Assembly (NCBI GenBank): GCA_963920595.1
Contig: OY986947.1
Location: forward strand, 1,054,001 to 1,118,000
Direction: 5' to 3'
Length of the DNA stretch: 64,000 nucleotides
DNA from: Eimeria praecox
Lineage: Eukaryota
Shown in pieces: positions 49,156 through 64,000 of the stretch (positions are counted from its first letter, which is position 1; each line of letters begins with the position of its first letter). A program made the position numbers and the translations under genes. The notes under the pieces were generated by a model, which was given only the letters and a program-made list of their open reading frames with translations, had not been told where the DNA came from and did not search any database.

Positions 49156-49400
49156 TGCAGCAGCAAATATTGCTGCTGTAGCTGCAGCACATGCAGCAGC
49201 AAATATTGCTGCTGCAGCTGCAGCACATGCAGCAGCAAATATTGCTGCTGCAGCTGCAGCACATGCAGCAGCAAATATTGCTGCAGTAGCAGCAGCACAC
49301 GCAGCAGCAAATAGTGCTGTTGTTGCTGCAGCGCATACAGCAGCAAACATTGCTGCCGTTGCTGCAGCACAAGCAGCGGTAAATATTGCTGCTCTAGCAG
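49156..49400. repeat. 36-bp CAG-derived minisatellite with an inverted-repeat core CAGCAGCAA-ATA-TTGCTGCTG, about 7 units
   Basis: AAATAT cores at 49165, 49201, 49237 and 49273 give a 36-bp period; later units are degenerate. Confidence 0.8.
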
Positions 49401-49584
49401 CAGCAGCAGCAGCTACTGCAGCAGCAGCTACTGCAGCAGCAGCTACTGCATTAGCAGCACCAGCAGCAGGTTTGTTTTTGCCGCATCGAGTTTGTGTGTT
49501 TTGACAGCAGGAATCCTGTATCAACGAGAAGCATGTTTAACGTTATATTTCCTCAGTATTTCACACTTGACCGCATACATCAAC

Positions 49585-49651
<67 letters not shown>

Positions 49652-49959
49652 TCAGCCTAGCTTTGCCTTTCTCCTCTCTCCCTTTCCCACCGCATGGAAG
49701 CCGCTCTTGATAGTCGTCACCGAACGATTGGCGCCGCATGCGCTGCAGCTTTGATGCCACAGACGAGTACGAGAATCACGCGTCATCGATGTGTTGGGGG
49801 ACTTACACATTTGACACGTCACGTACTCAGCTGTAATTAGAAAACAAACAAAAAAAAAATAGAAAAAAACAAAAACACAAACAGAAAATAAAACAAAATA
49901 CGTCAAAATATCGTGATGTAAGGAAAAAAGAAAGAAAGAAGAAAAAAATAAGAAAATAG

Positions 49960-50008
<49 letters not shown>

Positions 50009-50990
50009 AGAAAGTAGAATAAAATGCTTTTAATGGATGTAAAGTGTTGAGAAATATCGTAAAAAGTTTTGAAATTGTGTTAAATCGAGTGAAGTAGTGT
50101 TAAACGCTGTGAAATATCAGAAAATTAAGAAATATAAAATATAAAATAGTAAGAAAGAATATGAAAGAATATGAAATTGTATGAAGTAGTATAAAATAGA
50201 ATAAAGTAGGAAGAAATAATATGAAATAGTATAAAATAATAGGAAATAGGATGAAATATCATGAAATTGTAAGTATGAAATTGTAAGAAATAGTAAGAAA
50301 TAGTACGAAATAGTATGAAATAGAATGAAATAGTATGAAATAGTAAGAAATAGTATGAAATAGTAAGAAATAATATGAAATAATAGGAAAGAGTATGAAA
50401 TAATATGAAATAGTAAGTATGAAACAGTAAGAAATAGTAAGAAATAGTAAGAAATAGTAAGAAATAGTAAGAAATAGTATGAAAAAGTAAGAAATAGTAT
50501 GAAATAGTAAGAAATAATAGGAAATAGTATGAAATAATAGGAAATAGTAAGAACTAATACGAAATAATATGAAATAATATGAAATAGTATGAAATAATAT
50601 GAAATAATGTGAAATAATATGAAATATTAAAAAAAACTAACATGGGCTATGAAGACCTCAAGACGATGGAAATCGAAAACAACAAACGCTAAACCCTAAA
50701 CCCTAAACCCTAGTAAACCCTAATAAACCCTAGTAAACCCTAATAAACCCTAGTAAACCCTAATAAACCCTAGTAAACCCTAAACCCTAGGCCTCACTGA
50801 TATATTTTCTTAAGAGAGCTTCTATGTGTTTAGGCCCATACTTTCCCTTCAACACCAACTGACCATCGCCTGCTATAGAACCTTCCGTTCCTACAATAAA
50901 CAACACCAAACCCTAAACCCTAAACCCTAAACCCTAAACCCTAAACCCTAAACCCTAAACCCTAGGGACGGAAGCCCTCATCATGCCAGC

Positions 50991-51072
<82 letters not shown>

Positions 51073-51769
51073 TAGAGCTCTCAGATTCATTTATTTAAAC
51101 CCTAAACCCTAAACCTTGGAGACAAACAAATTAACTGATGAAGAATAGAATCAAACCCTAAACCCTAAACCCTAAACCCTAAACCCTAAACCCTAAACCC
51201 TAAACCCTACCAAGTTCTGCTAGTACGAACTGCAGCACATGTTCACTTGGCCTGTGCATAATACCGCAAATGTCTTTAAAGTTAATCCACGCTACCTAAA
51301 CAACAAACAGACAAACCCTAAACCCTAAACCCTAAACCCTAAACCCTAAACCCCCTCCAACAACCCCCCTGTGCCTCAAAACGGCTCCTTCTCTTCCTGC
51401 TTCTTCCGGAGCTGTTGCTTCTGCTGCTGCTGTTGCTGTTCCTGTTGCTGCTGCTGCTGGTGTTTGTGTCTGTGTTTGTCTGTATGTTTGTGTTTGTTTA
51501 TAAATTAATAATTAAAGAAAGGAATGAAAGACTCTAGGGGTTTTCTTATAATAATTGAGGTGTATATACACCTTCTTCGAGCCAACTCTAACAACTTGCG
51601 GAGGTTTAATTGTATATCTTTTCGATCCCGCCAAATCAGGATTGTTTTTGACGATTAGATCTTGAATCCTACTTAACATCTGAGCAGCAGACAAACAATA
51701 TATTTTATTTAGGTTGTTTATTTGCTCTAGGGTTTAGGCTCTTGGTAGAGTCATGTACGTTAGATTATA

Positions 51770-51827
<58 letters not shown>

Positions 51828-51837
51828 TGTATATTAG

Positions 51838-51887
<50 letters not shown>

Positions 51888-52776
51888 CTGCATATACACC
51901 TCAGGAAGTGTATGAAAGGCCATCTGCAGCTGCAGAACGCTTCGAGTCAAAATCAAAGAAAACAAAATAAGAAAAAAAAGAAAAAGAAGAAGAAAAAGAA
52001 GAAGAAGAAGAAAGTAGCGATAAAACACGATATATTTGTCTGTCTATTTGGGGTGTATGTACACCTGCTTACCTCTTCATAGCTGTAGACATGGCCTCGT
52101 ACAAATACTTGGCCTGATCCATCTATAAACCCTTCTGCTGCTGCTGCTTCAGCTGCAGCAAACAAACAAACATTAAAATTTATCTGCTGCTGCTGCTGTT
52201 GCTGGTGCTGCTGTTGTTGCTGCTGTTGTTGTTGTTGCTGCGGTTGTTGTTGCTGCTTGTGTTGATGATGCTGCTGTTGATAGTCCTAAGGAGCAGCAGA
52301 AGCAGCAGCAGCTGCTGCTGCTGTAGTTGCTGCTGCTGTATCTGCTGCTGCTGTAGTTGCTGCTGCTGTTGTTGCTGCTGCTGCTGCAGTGATGTTGTAC
52401 CCTGATCTTCGGTCTTCTTCTCCTTCTTCTTTTTTCTTCTTTCACCGAAGTCGAATGCCTGAGCTGCTGGCTGCTGTAAACAAACACAAAATATATAAAT
52501 TAAACAAGATATGCAGCAGCAACAGCAGCAGCAGCAGCAGTAGCAACAGCAGGAGCAGCATCAGCACGCTGCTGCTGCTGCTGCCGAAGGAGAGGTAGGA
52601 CTTGAAGACAAGACAGAAGACGGCAACAACAAACTAACAAACCTAAAACAATAAATTTAGCTATAAAGAGCAAAAATAAAACAAATATACAATACCTCCG
52701 GAGCAGCAGAAGAACTATCAGGGGGGGCGGGGGCCCCCGCATCCTCTCTCTTATCTGAGGCTTCGGTAGCCGCCAT
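49652..52776 (-). CDS. EIF2S2: Translation initiation factor eIF2 beta subunit, 7 exons, about 232 aa
   Basis: Exons 52776-52696, 52473-52401, 52152-52073, 51679-51572, 51295-51211, 50890-50798 and 49830-49652. Motifs: K-box [36 protein letters not shown]...[15 protein letters not shown], and the C2-C2 zinc finger [11 protein letters not shown]...CSACGA. Confidence 0.95.
50200..50625. repeat. 10-bp minisatellite GAAATAGTAW in eIF2-beta intron 6
   Basis: Tandem GAAATAGTAT, GAAATAGTAA and GAAATAATAT units. Confidence 0.85.
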
Positions 52777-54374
52777 TTTGACTTTGGCTTGAATATATAA
52801 AAACAAATACCTCCTTCAAATTTCTGATTAGCTCCTTTTCGGTGTATGTACACTTCAGCAAATCGCATATAGACTGATCTTTAGCCCCATTACACAGTAG
52901 CCGTCAGCCCCCCAGCCAGCAAGCCAGAGAAATCATGAAGTGTTTGGAGGGAGAAAGCTATGTATTTAAATATATAAAAAGGTTTTATATATTTTAAAAT
53001 ATGATTCCATAGATATACCCATGTTCTATCATTTTAGTTGTACACAAATAATCAGATAGTTACAACGCGCCGCCGAGGATTCGTACTCTTCTCGAGTTGT
53101 GATGCGTGCATGCAGCTTCCTTATTTCTTCAACAAAAGATATATAATGCATTTAATAACAAGAAAAACCCAAAAAAATTAAAAACTACATCATTATACTC
53201 TCTGAAGCACCATTCAACGGATGCATACCTAAGATCGAACTAGAGCTGAGGTGTACGTACACCACAAGTCAGCCCCCCCCTTCTTCTACTTGCTAATCCA
53301 TTGTTGTTATCGCTGTAGAAAACAGAAGGGATAGAAGATGTTTCTTTAATTGATTTAAAACAGTTTTAAATTTGTTTATCTCCTCAAAGACCACGAACAC
53401 TCCTCCCTGCCCCCTCCCCCCCCTAAACCTAGAAATTCAAATATTTTCTGTTAAGTCAAAGCCCATCATATAAATAAAACCCTTGAAAAAGAAAGCAAAT
53501 AAATAAACAAACAAAGAAGAAGTGTAAAATCAAATATAGAAAGAGGATATACGAACATAATTCAATAAAAGAATTCCTTTGAAAACAAAACAAGAGAACA
53601 TCTCTCGTTTAAAAATAAATTAAATAATTTAATTTAATTAAAACAGCTTTAAAAAATAAATTAAATAATATAATTTAATTAAAACAGCTTCTTTAATAGC
53701 AAATAAAAACAACAATTGAAACACAATTTAGAAAAATATTCAAGAGACAAAATTCTGAGGGCTATCCTCTGAAAAGCAAATCAAAGAAGAAGAACCTTAA
53801 GAAAAATAATTATCTAATTATCCCCCCTAAGAACTGTCACCAGCTAGCCACAGCTAGCCATGGCTAGCCACAGCTAGCCACAGCTAGCCATGGCTAGCCA
53901 CAGCTAGCCACAGCCAGCTGCTGTGTGGGGGCTGAAGCAGACACTTCTATGACGGGTGTTGCCGAAGGTGATATATATTTTTTATTTTATTATTATATTT
54001 TTCTTCTGTTAGTAATATGCAAAGAAATACAAATTATATTTGTTAACAAATATAAATTTATTTACAAGTTGAATTTGTTAAGAAACACAAATTTCGAGAG
54101 ATTTGATGTTTTTAGTGTTTCTTTCTTTGTTTCTCTGCCTACGCTATTTCTTCTTAAAGAGACTAAGGCATTTGTCTTTACTGTTTAAGTCCTAGAGAGC
54201 TATTCAACAAGCAACAAACAAAGCAGAGAATATATAAATAAATAAATAAATAGATAAATAAAACAAGTAATTAAATAAATAAGTGGATTTAATACATCAG
54301 AACGACAGAACAAGAGAAGAGCACTCGCGCACACATACATGCTTCCGTACATGCATGCATCCGTACATACATGC

Positions 54375-54435
<61 letters not shown>

Positions 54436-55297
54436 GATAGACAGAGAAAGAGAGAGAGCTTTTCACATAGCAGCTCGACTGTCGTGTTAGTTTTTCATCT
54501 AAACTTTCATCCCTAAACGCTAAACCCTAACCCTTAAAGCCCTGTGCCCTAATCCCCTAAACCCTAAACCCTAAACCCTAAACCCTTCTGTTTGTATGAT
54601 TATCTCGATGGCTACTGCATTTGCTCGATATAGAGAAGCAAGAGGGGCTGCATGCAATGCAATGCTGCTGCAATTGGTTTTCGTTTATATATAACAAAAT
54701 GAAGCTGTTATATGCATATTAGATAGAAAGCAACAGATAATTCTATTTGTTGTTGCTGCTGCTGAGAGACAAGATAGTTAAACTAAAGAAAAAAACAAAA
54801 AAAGATGAAAGGATATGGAGCTGTACGTACAGTCGAATGTGTGTCTGAAGGTGTTGTGTGTATACTCTGCCTCTTTTGACTCCTTTACATGCATTCTTGC
54901 TGCTTAAAGACGAAGAAGAAAGAAAGAATAAATTGTTTAAAGTGTTTTAAGTTAAGGGTTTAGGGTTTAGGTCTTTAGTTTGCAGCTGGCTTTAGGGTTT
55001 AGGGTTTAGGGTTTAGGGTTTAGGTCTTGAGCTCCCAGCTGTTGCTGCTGTTAACAGAAGCCTCATTAATTATAGGAGCTAACATGCATAATAAAATATA
55101 TCTGTCTACTTCACTCTCTTTTATTTTATTTGATCCTCATCAACCCAAACTCCTTCTGTATGAAGAGAGTAAAGAGAGAAGAAAAAGATAAAATGTGTGT
55201 TTTCTACAAAAAATTATTTTTAAATAGAGTTTGAGTCAAGCGCACATCCAGGCACTCTTCTAGGTGCTTTCTTACCTTTCTATGCCTATGTATATAC

Positions 55298-55343
<46 letters not shown>

Positions 55344-56087
55344 TTACGTACCTATATACCTATATATATAATATATCTATATATATGTATATGTATATGC
55401 ATATGTATAAGTATATGTATATCTATATGTATGTGTATATGTATATCTATATATCTATATATCTATATATCTATATATCTATATACCTATATATCTATAT
55501 ATCTATATATCTATATATCTATATATCTATATATCTATATATATCTCTATGTCTATCTCTATGCATTTATACAAGCTGCATACGCCGCCTGCGCGTATAG
55601 GAGAACCTCAGAAGATATGCTGTGCGGGGGAGTTGGAAGAATTTGAATATTTGTTTTTTTTTGATAATTCTCAGACTTTTCTCTATCCCTCAATATCGCA
55701 CGGAGAGTCACGAGACAGCTACTTGCGGGTTTAGTGTAAATACTGTTGCTTCTCTTCCATGAAGTTTCTATTTTAAAAGAAGAATTGTTCTGTTTAAGCC
55801 AACAATTTCTTTTTCTCGTTTGAATAAATGCACTTCTTCTGAAATAAGTTTTGTTATCTTTACGAATTCTACCAGAATATGCTGTGGTGGCCGTGATCTA
55901 AGGCATAATATAACTGGCGGTGTTGTTGCAGGTTTTAAAGGATAACTCAGATCGGATTTGTAGGAAATGTATGAGCTTCCCTCCTCTAAGAATGCCTCCT
56001 ATTTTACAATTTTAAATGGAAAATCTCTTTGCTGCTTCGCAAACAGCGGCGACTGCGGGGCTGAGTAGACAAGGGCTGCTTGCTGCC

Positions 56088-56095
56088 TGCATGCG
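56088..56095 (+). promoter_or_regulatory. TGCATGCG motif upstream of RPS12 (matches coccidian ribosomal-protein promoter element TRP-2, YGCATGCR)
   Basis: Lies about 140 nt upstream of the RPS12 ATG. The motif is also common genome-wide, so specificity is low. Confidence 0.4.
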
Positions 56096-56231
56096 GGCCT
56101 GTGGGTGATGCTGCGTCAGCAGGAGAATCCCGGCGTTGAATTGCTACAACGGAATTCGCATTTGATTTGCTTTACACGAGGAAGACGCTCGGATTTCTTT
56201 TTTCGAGTTGACCGTGAAAAGTAAACCGAAA

Positions 56232-57180
56232 ATGTCCGACATCGAAAGCACTGGCGCCCCTGAGGAGGTTGCTGTAGAGGTTGAAGAGGAAGGAGTCAAG
56301 GATCTGAAAACAGCCATTAAGAGAGTAAATAAACACTTTTTCATGATTAATTTGTCTTTTAGTTTCTAATTATTCAATAATTTCCACAATATTCGACATT
56401 TTCAAATTCTTCGTTTCCGCTGCCCCCACATCATCACCGTCGGCCTTCATGGGGGGGTAGTTGCATCGAAGGTCTTTGGGATCCTTTTGCTGGTTTCACA
56501 TTTAGCAGACCTTCGAGAGATATATTGAAGTAATAAATAGTATAAAATTAAAGAAAAAACTTCTCGTTTACTTTTTAAACCGCGCTGGCTGCCGCTCTTG
56601 TGTTCGAGGATTCCTTGATGAAGATCGCATCGGTTGCTCAGCTTCTATAATTTGCCTCTGGATGTTTTGCATATAATTCATGAATTGATCTTCAGTGTTT
56701 ACTGTTATTAAGCGTTATTATCTTTTTATTCGTTGAGCTACTGACGAATCCTTACGTGAAGGATTCATACCTATCTTTCTACTAGTTGGTTGTTGTGCAC
56801 GCGGTGCTTGTTGTTGTTTTTTCTATCTTTGTCTTCAGGTTTTGAAGAATGCTTTGATTCACGACGGACTTGCCCGAGGGCTTCATGAGGTGGCTAAGGC
56901 ATTGGACTCTAAGCGCGCACAAGCCTGTTTTTTGGCTGAGAGTTGCTCGGAGCCTGCATACAAGAAGCTGGTTGAGGGTTTGTGCAAAGAGCACAAGATC
57001 CCCCTCATTGAAGTAGCAGATAGATTAGAATTAGGACAGTGGGCTGGCCTTTGCCGTATTGATAGCGAGGGGGCTCCTAGGAGAGTCGTAAAAGCATCTT
57101 GTGTGGCTGTTACTGATTTTGGCGAGCAGAGTGAAGCCCTCACCTTCTTGCAGAATCATATTCAGTCTCTTTCTCAGTAG
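56232..57180 (+). CDS. RPS12: 40S ribosomal protein S12 (eS12)
   Basis: Exon 56232-56324 (MSDIE...TAIKR) and exon 56839-57180 (VLKNALIHDGLARGLHEVAKAL...LGQWAGLCRID...VVKASCVAVTDFG). Confidence 0.96.
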
Positions 57181-58885
57181 AAAGGGTTAGGGGTTTCTTC
57201 TTCTTGTTGCAAATAACTCGAATTTAATTCAATTCAGCTTTCCTCTACTTTTCTTAACAGTCACTGGAAGGGGACGCTACTCCCTCTCGTGTAGTTGTTT
57301 ATGCATTTGTTATAGACAATGATGCATTTATATATTTAATAAAAACAAGAAAACAACCTGAGGTAAACAGAATACATAGGGATTTAGGTGTACGTTCACA
57401 GAAACGTCTCTGCTATTTACCAAACCTGATAGAGGGATTATCGCTTCCAAACAGTTGCATTGTTTTTCTGAATATCTATGCACATATATAACCCTCTGTG
57501 TTAAGACGAGGAGGGAAGAATCACGCGCTACTTGCTCTTCGCCGTACTAGCAGAGTGAAGAGCATATACGTGTGTGTAAGGCATATATAGACAAAATAAA
57601 GTAACTGCTTCATCCTCAGTCGCAGTTGTTTAGTGAAAGAAAAATATTAAATGAGTTACTGAGCCTCATCAGCTTGTTGCTGGTGACCACAGGGCAGGTG
57701 TTGGGGTATAAGGATGTGTTCGTTAGGACGATAGATGAGCTGTTGAAGGATGCTACGAAGTACTCTAAATATTCTGCTTGGTTTCCCCTTAAAAGGGGAT
57801 AAAGAAAAGCAAGAAACATCTCAGGGGATAACCCTGTGGCTAGTTTGTTGTTGCTGCTTTCTCTGTTTTGCAACTTAACACTGTTCTGTTACGGTCGGCG
57901 TGCGGGCGGATGTATAGCGATTCGTCCGCTGCAGTTAATTAATTCTTTTGAGAATTGCTCCAACAAATACTCTAGAAGTTGGTGTTTTAATGGGATACAT
58001 TGTGTTAAATCAACTGGTTGGAAGCAGCAGGTCTACCAGACTTGCACGTGCAGCGAAACTGTGTGCCTTAGAGGCGAGGCGCCGACGAGTATATATACAT
58101 AATATATATCTTTGAACGGCGACATTTTCTGGATTTGTCAAACGCTAATTTAAACAGTCTATTTGATCATAAAATCTTTAAAATGTCACCACAAGATACG
58201 CTACAGTCGCAGCTTTCTCGGCTCTGCAGTGTATAAAAACAGTGCTGATGTGCACGTTGGAACGCTTTGGTTCGTCTGGTTCAGTATTTCAAGACAGAAC
58301 CGGCAGCAGTGGCATGGATATGCTGTATTTTTCGTTTTTTTTCTAAAATAATTAAAGATATTATATTTATATGAATCGAATTAGCAGGGGTTTTTCAAGA
58401 AAGAAACAAACCTTGCGGCTGGGCGCATCCGCTGGCCGCCTGTGGTTGTCAACAACACCGGGCATGCGGTGGTTCATTCGCAGAGGCACGAACAACAAGA
58501 AAGCTGTTGGTATTTGTGTATTTTATGATTATTTCGGTGTAGTTTTCAATAAATTCGTTTGATCGCTTTGAAACGTAGCTTTAAAGAAGGACTTCATTCA
58601 ACAGTTTCAGAGGCGGCACTTGAACATAGGCGGTGGTTCGCTGGCTGTGGCTGTCCGTTGTCTGGGGTGCGGATTGGCTTGAGGCACTGTGAGAAGTCAT
58701 TTTGCGTCTTTTATTTAATTCTTTTGTTGTAGAATATCAAGATTTGTCTTTTTATGAGAGGTTGACTCCCCATGCGCAGTGTGTTTCCGCAGGGAGATCT
58801 ATATAGTGTGATTGTGTACACAGTCCGTTCGCTGCAACGCTGCAGCATTCTCTGATCTTTTCATTGAACAGAGTTCTGCAGCACA

Positions 58886-59879
58886 ATGGCTTGTAGTTGT
58901 ACAAAACCAAACTACAAGGGCCCAGGTGTGGGTATATGGGCTCTGGCGTTGGCCTTCGAGTTTGCTGTAGGTGCTTTGATGATATTTCTTGGCGCTGAGA
59001 CGATAAGTGATGGAGTTGATGACTTACAGCATTTCGATAAATCTATCACAGAAGCTCTTTCTCAAGGAGGAGCAGCAAATGCTATAAGAATAATGGGATG
59101 GCTTCATCTTCTATTAGCAGCAGCATGTAGTGTGTTTGTTACTTTAGGTTTATTTGTATGTGGCATTTTTATGTGTCCTCTATGTATATTTGGTTGGATT
59201 CAAACAGCCTATTGTGCTGTATCTACATTCGTAACAGGCATATATTTACGTAAATATTTAGATAAATTACCTCTATCAGCAGATACAGAAATAGATCTAC
59301 CTTCAGATTCAAATGATATATTCGTAGCTCAAACAGGTGATGTCTTCTTCGCTCAACTTAACAGCGGCGGCCTCCTTGCTGCTGCTGTTCTCTGCTTCGT
59401 ATCCGGAATCCTCCTCGCTCGTGCATCCAGAGTCAGCAGCGGCGAATCCGTACCAGGAACATTCATGTAAGCTACTGATGCTGCTGCTGCCGCTGTTGCT
59501 GCTGCTGTTGCTGCTGCTGTTGCTGCTGCTGTTGCTGCTGCAGTTAGATATCTATATATCTATATCTATATATCTATATATCTATATATCTATATCTGTA
59601 TCTATATCTATATATCTATATCTATATCTATATATCTATATCTATATCTACATCTATAGCTATATCTATATATCTATATCAATATATCTATATCTATATC
59701 TATATCTATATCTATATCTATATCTATATCTATATATATAGATATATATATTGGTGGTATGTAGTAAGCAAGAGCCTCTAAGGCACAGTATTGATGTGTT
59801 TGAAATCGATGCTAGTAGTTCTTATTTCGTCTTTGTATTACACCAGTAGCATTGTAATACTGTTTATATATAAATATAA

Positions 59880-59923
<44 letters not shown>

Positions 59924-60432
59924 CTACTGTCTATATTTCTAAATATAAGTATATCTTAATACTTGTATAATTATTTATTTGTGTGTGTGTGTTTACTGAT
60001 ATTTTCAGGATGGTTCAAGGTATGGGTCTGTTTGCTGCTATCAGCGCTCTCTTAGGTGCAGGGGGAGGAGGCGTTCCCCCTACCCCGGCTCTAACTGTTC
60101 TTTGGGTTGTATTGACAATAGGAGGGGCGATATTAATGAATGTGCGAGCTTGTTGTTGTACGAAGATCTGTAATATATTGATGGTTGTTTTATTTGGTGT
60201 TGGTTGTGCTTTATCTATAATAACTATGTTTCTATTCAGTCATATCTATGTTTCTGTACTTGATGATCCCCTACAAAATACAAACTATTCACAATTATTT
60301 ATTGTTATGGAGAGAGGAACAGGTGTTATCGTTGTAGCTATCTTGTCTCTTGCTGCTGCTGTTGTTTCGTTCTTAACTGCTGTATACTCAGCTAGATCTC
60401 TTATATGTTGTGGGGGGGGAGTCACAAGCTAA
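58886..60432 (+). CDS. Polytopic membrane protein, about 334 aa with roughly 8 hydrophobic helices; family not recognised
   Basis: Exons 58886-59466 and 60009-60432 join at a phase-2 junction (AT|G). Multiple hydrophobic stretches of about 20 aa. Cys clusters at the N-terminus (MACSC), in a loop (ACCCTKIC) and at the C-terminus (ICC). Confidence 0.8.
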
Positions 60433-60583
60433 ACAACACACCTTCATTATAGGAAATATACCTTCGTAATCATAATCCAGAAAAATAATATATTTCTATC
60501 TATCTATATATATATATATATGTATAGAATGTGTATAATACATATAATATATAAAATATATATTGTATGTGTTTGATATTATA

Positions 60584-60625
<42 letters not shown>

Positions 60626-61508
60626 GGGATGGATGTTCTTAGATACATGTTTATAGACAAAACCGAAACAGCGAAGAACATCTTCGCTGTAAAGCAAAGA
60701 TAACAAACGCAGCCGATGAAGAAATAGATAATTATACTTTAAAATGTATGTACTCACATGCCGCCTCAAGCAATATATAGAAATAAATTTAGAAATATAT
60801 TTATTTAGGTGTGTTATGAGAAGAAAATGCGGGGATGAAAGCAGCAGCAGCAGCTATGTTGCTGCTGCTGCTGCTGCTGCTGCTGCAGCAGCAGCAGCAG
60901 CGCCTGCTGTAGGCCTTTGGCGTTTATTGGCTTTTGAATTTATTTAAAATTTTGACAAATATAAAATTTAATTTAATTTTAATTACATGAAAAAATCAAA
61001 TTTTTCAAAATGATGATGAGGAGGTGAATGTACGTACACCCGAGATGTAGGCAGCAACAGAAACAAACAGAAAAATAAAACACAAGTTTAAAAGATATAG
61101 AAAGACGAATAGAATAGCAATAATAACACAAATATAAACACAAAAGTGTAGATATAGCAGAGAAACAAACAAAAGTAAACACAAATGTTTAAGAACAGAA
61201 AACAGAGAGAGAAAGAAAAAGAAAGGAGGGAGACACACACGACTGTCTGTTGATTCGCTGTATAGAATGTAGAGATAGATAAAGTAATAATAATAATAAT
61301 AAATATATTATTATAATAATAAACCAATAAACAAAATAAAGATACAACGTAAAGTAAAGTAGAGAAGAGAAAAACAGAAAAAGCAGAGATGAGATTAAAG
61401 TAGAGATAAATAAAATAGTAGAGAGATATTAACGAAACAAAGATAAATAAACAAAATAGAGACAAATAAACAAAGTAGTGATAAGAGAAATTCAAGAAGG
61501 CAAAGCAA

Positions 61509-61581
<73 letters not shown>

Positions 61582-61832
61582 TAGCTAAGCACAAAACATA
61601 CAACAACAACAACCAAGAAAGAATAAGAAGAAAAAAACAGAAAAATATAATAAAAGAAGAAGTTATAAGCAAGCAAATAAAGAAGGGAGGGAGAGAGACA
61701 AGAGAAATATAATTAAATACATAGAAACAAATCCCAACGTCGCGAGTTCGAGCCCCGCAATGCTCAGATCTTCTCCGACACGAGCACATTAGGGTTTAGG
61801 GCTTAGGGTTTAGGGCTTAGGGTTTAGGGTTT

Positions 61833-61870
<38 letters not shown>

Positions 61871-61888
61871 CAAACAAATATAAACATA

Positions 61889-64000
<2,112 letters not shown>

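Noticed and set aside
56616..56745. Possible box C/D snoRNA in the RPS12 intron (TGATGA ... CTGA)
   Set aside because: The C box is imperfect, and I cannot identify a terminal stem or guide sequence.

Overview
Eukaryotic, intron-rich DNA from a coccidian apicomplexan, very probably a repeat-rich segment of an Eimeria genome. The inference rests on dense CAG/CTG tracts encoding poly-Q/A/S, interstitial telomere-like TTTAGGG arrays and TGCATGCA motifs. I assembled 12 protein-coding genes by hand from GT-AG junctions with phase checks: Bud32/PRPK kinase (3'-truncated by the window edge), an MFS sugar porter, a probable mitochondrial membrane protein, a FAIM1-like domain protein, a coiled-coil protein, an RCC1-repeat protein, Rab5A, a signal-peptide glutaredoxin, eIF2-beta, RPS12, a polytopic membrane protein and a 5'-truncated hypothetical. 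Most ORFs in the supplied track are microsatellite artefacts. Three observations stand out. (1) One splice acceptor plus exon start is triplicated, and its copies differ only at synonymous sites. (2) All nine introns that carry opposite-sense heptamer arrays at their two ends have the same polarity (AAACCCU at the donor, AGGGUUU at the acceptor), so the ends could pair and bridge the splice sites. (3) A dispersed palindrome, GGTGTAYRTACACC, often overlaps splice sites. All gene models are manual and lack transcript support.
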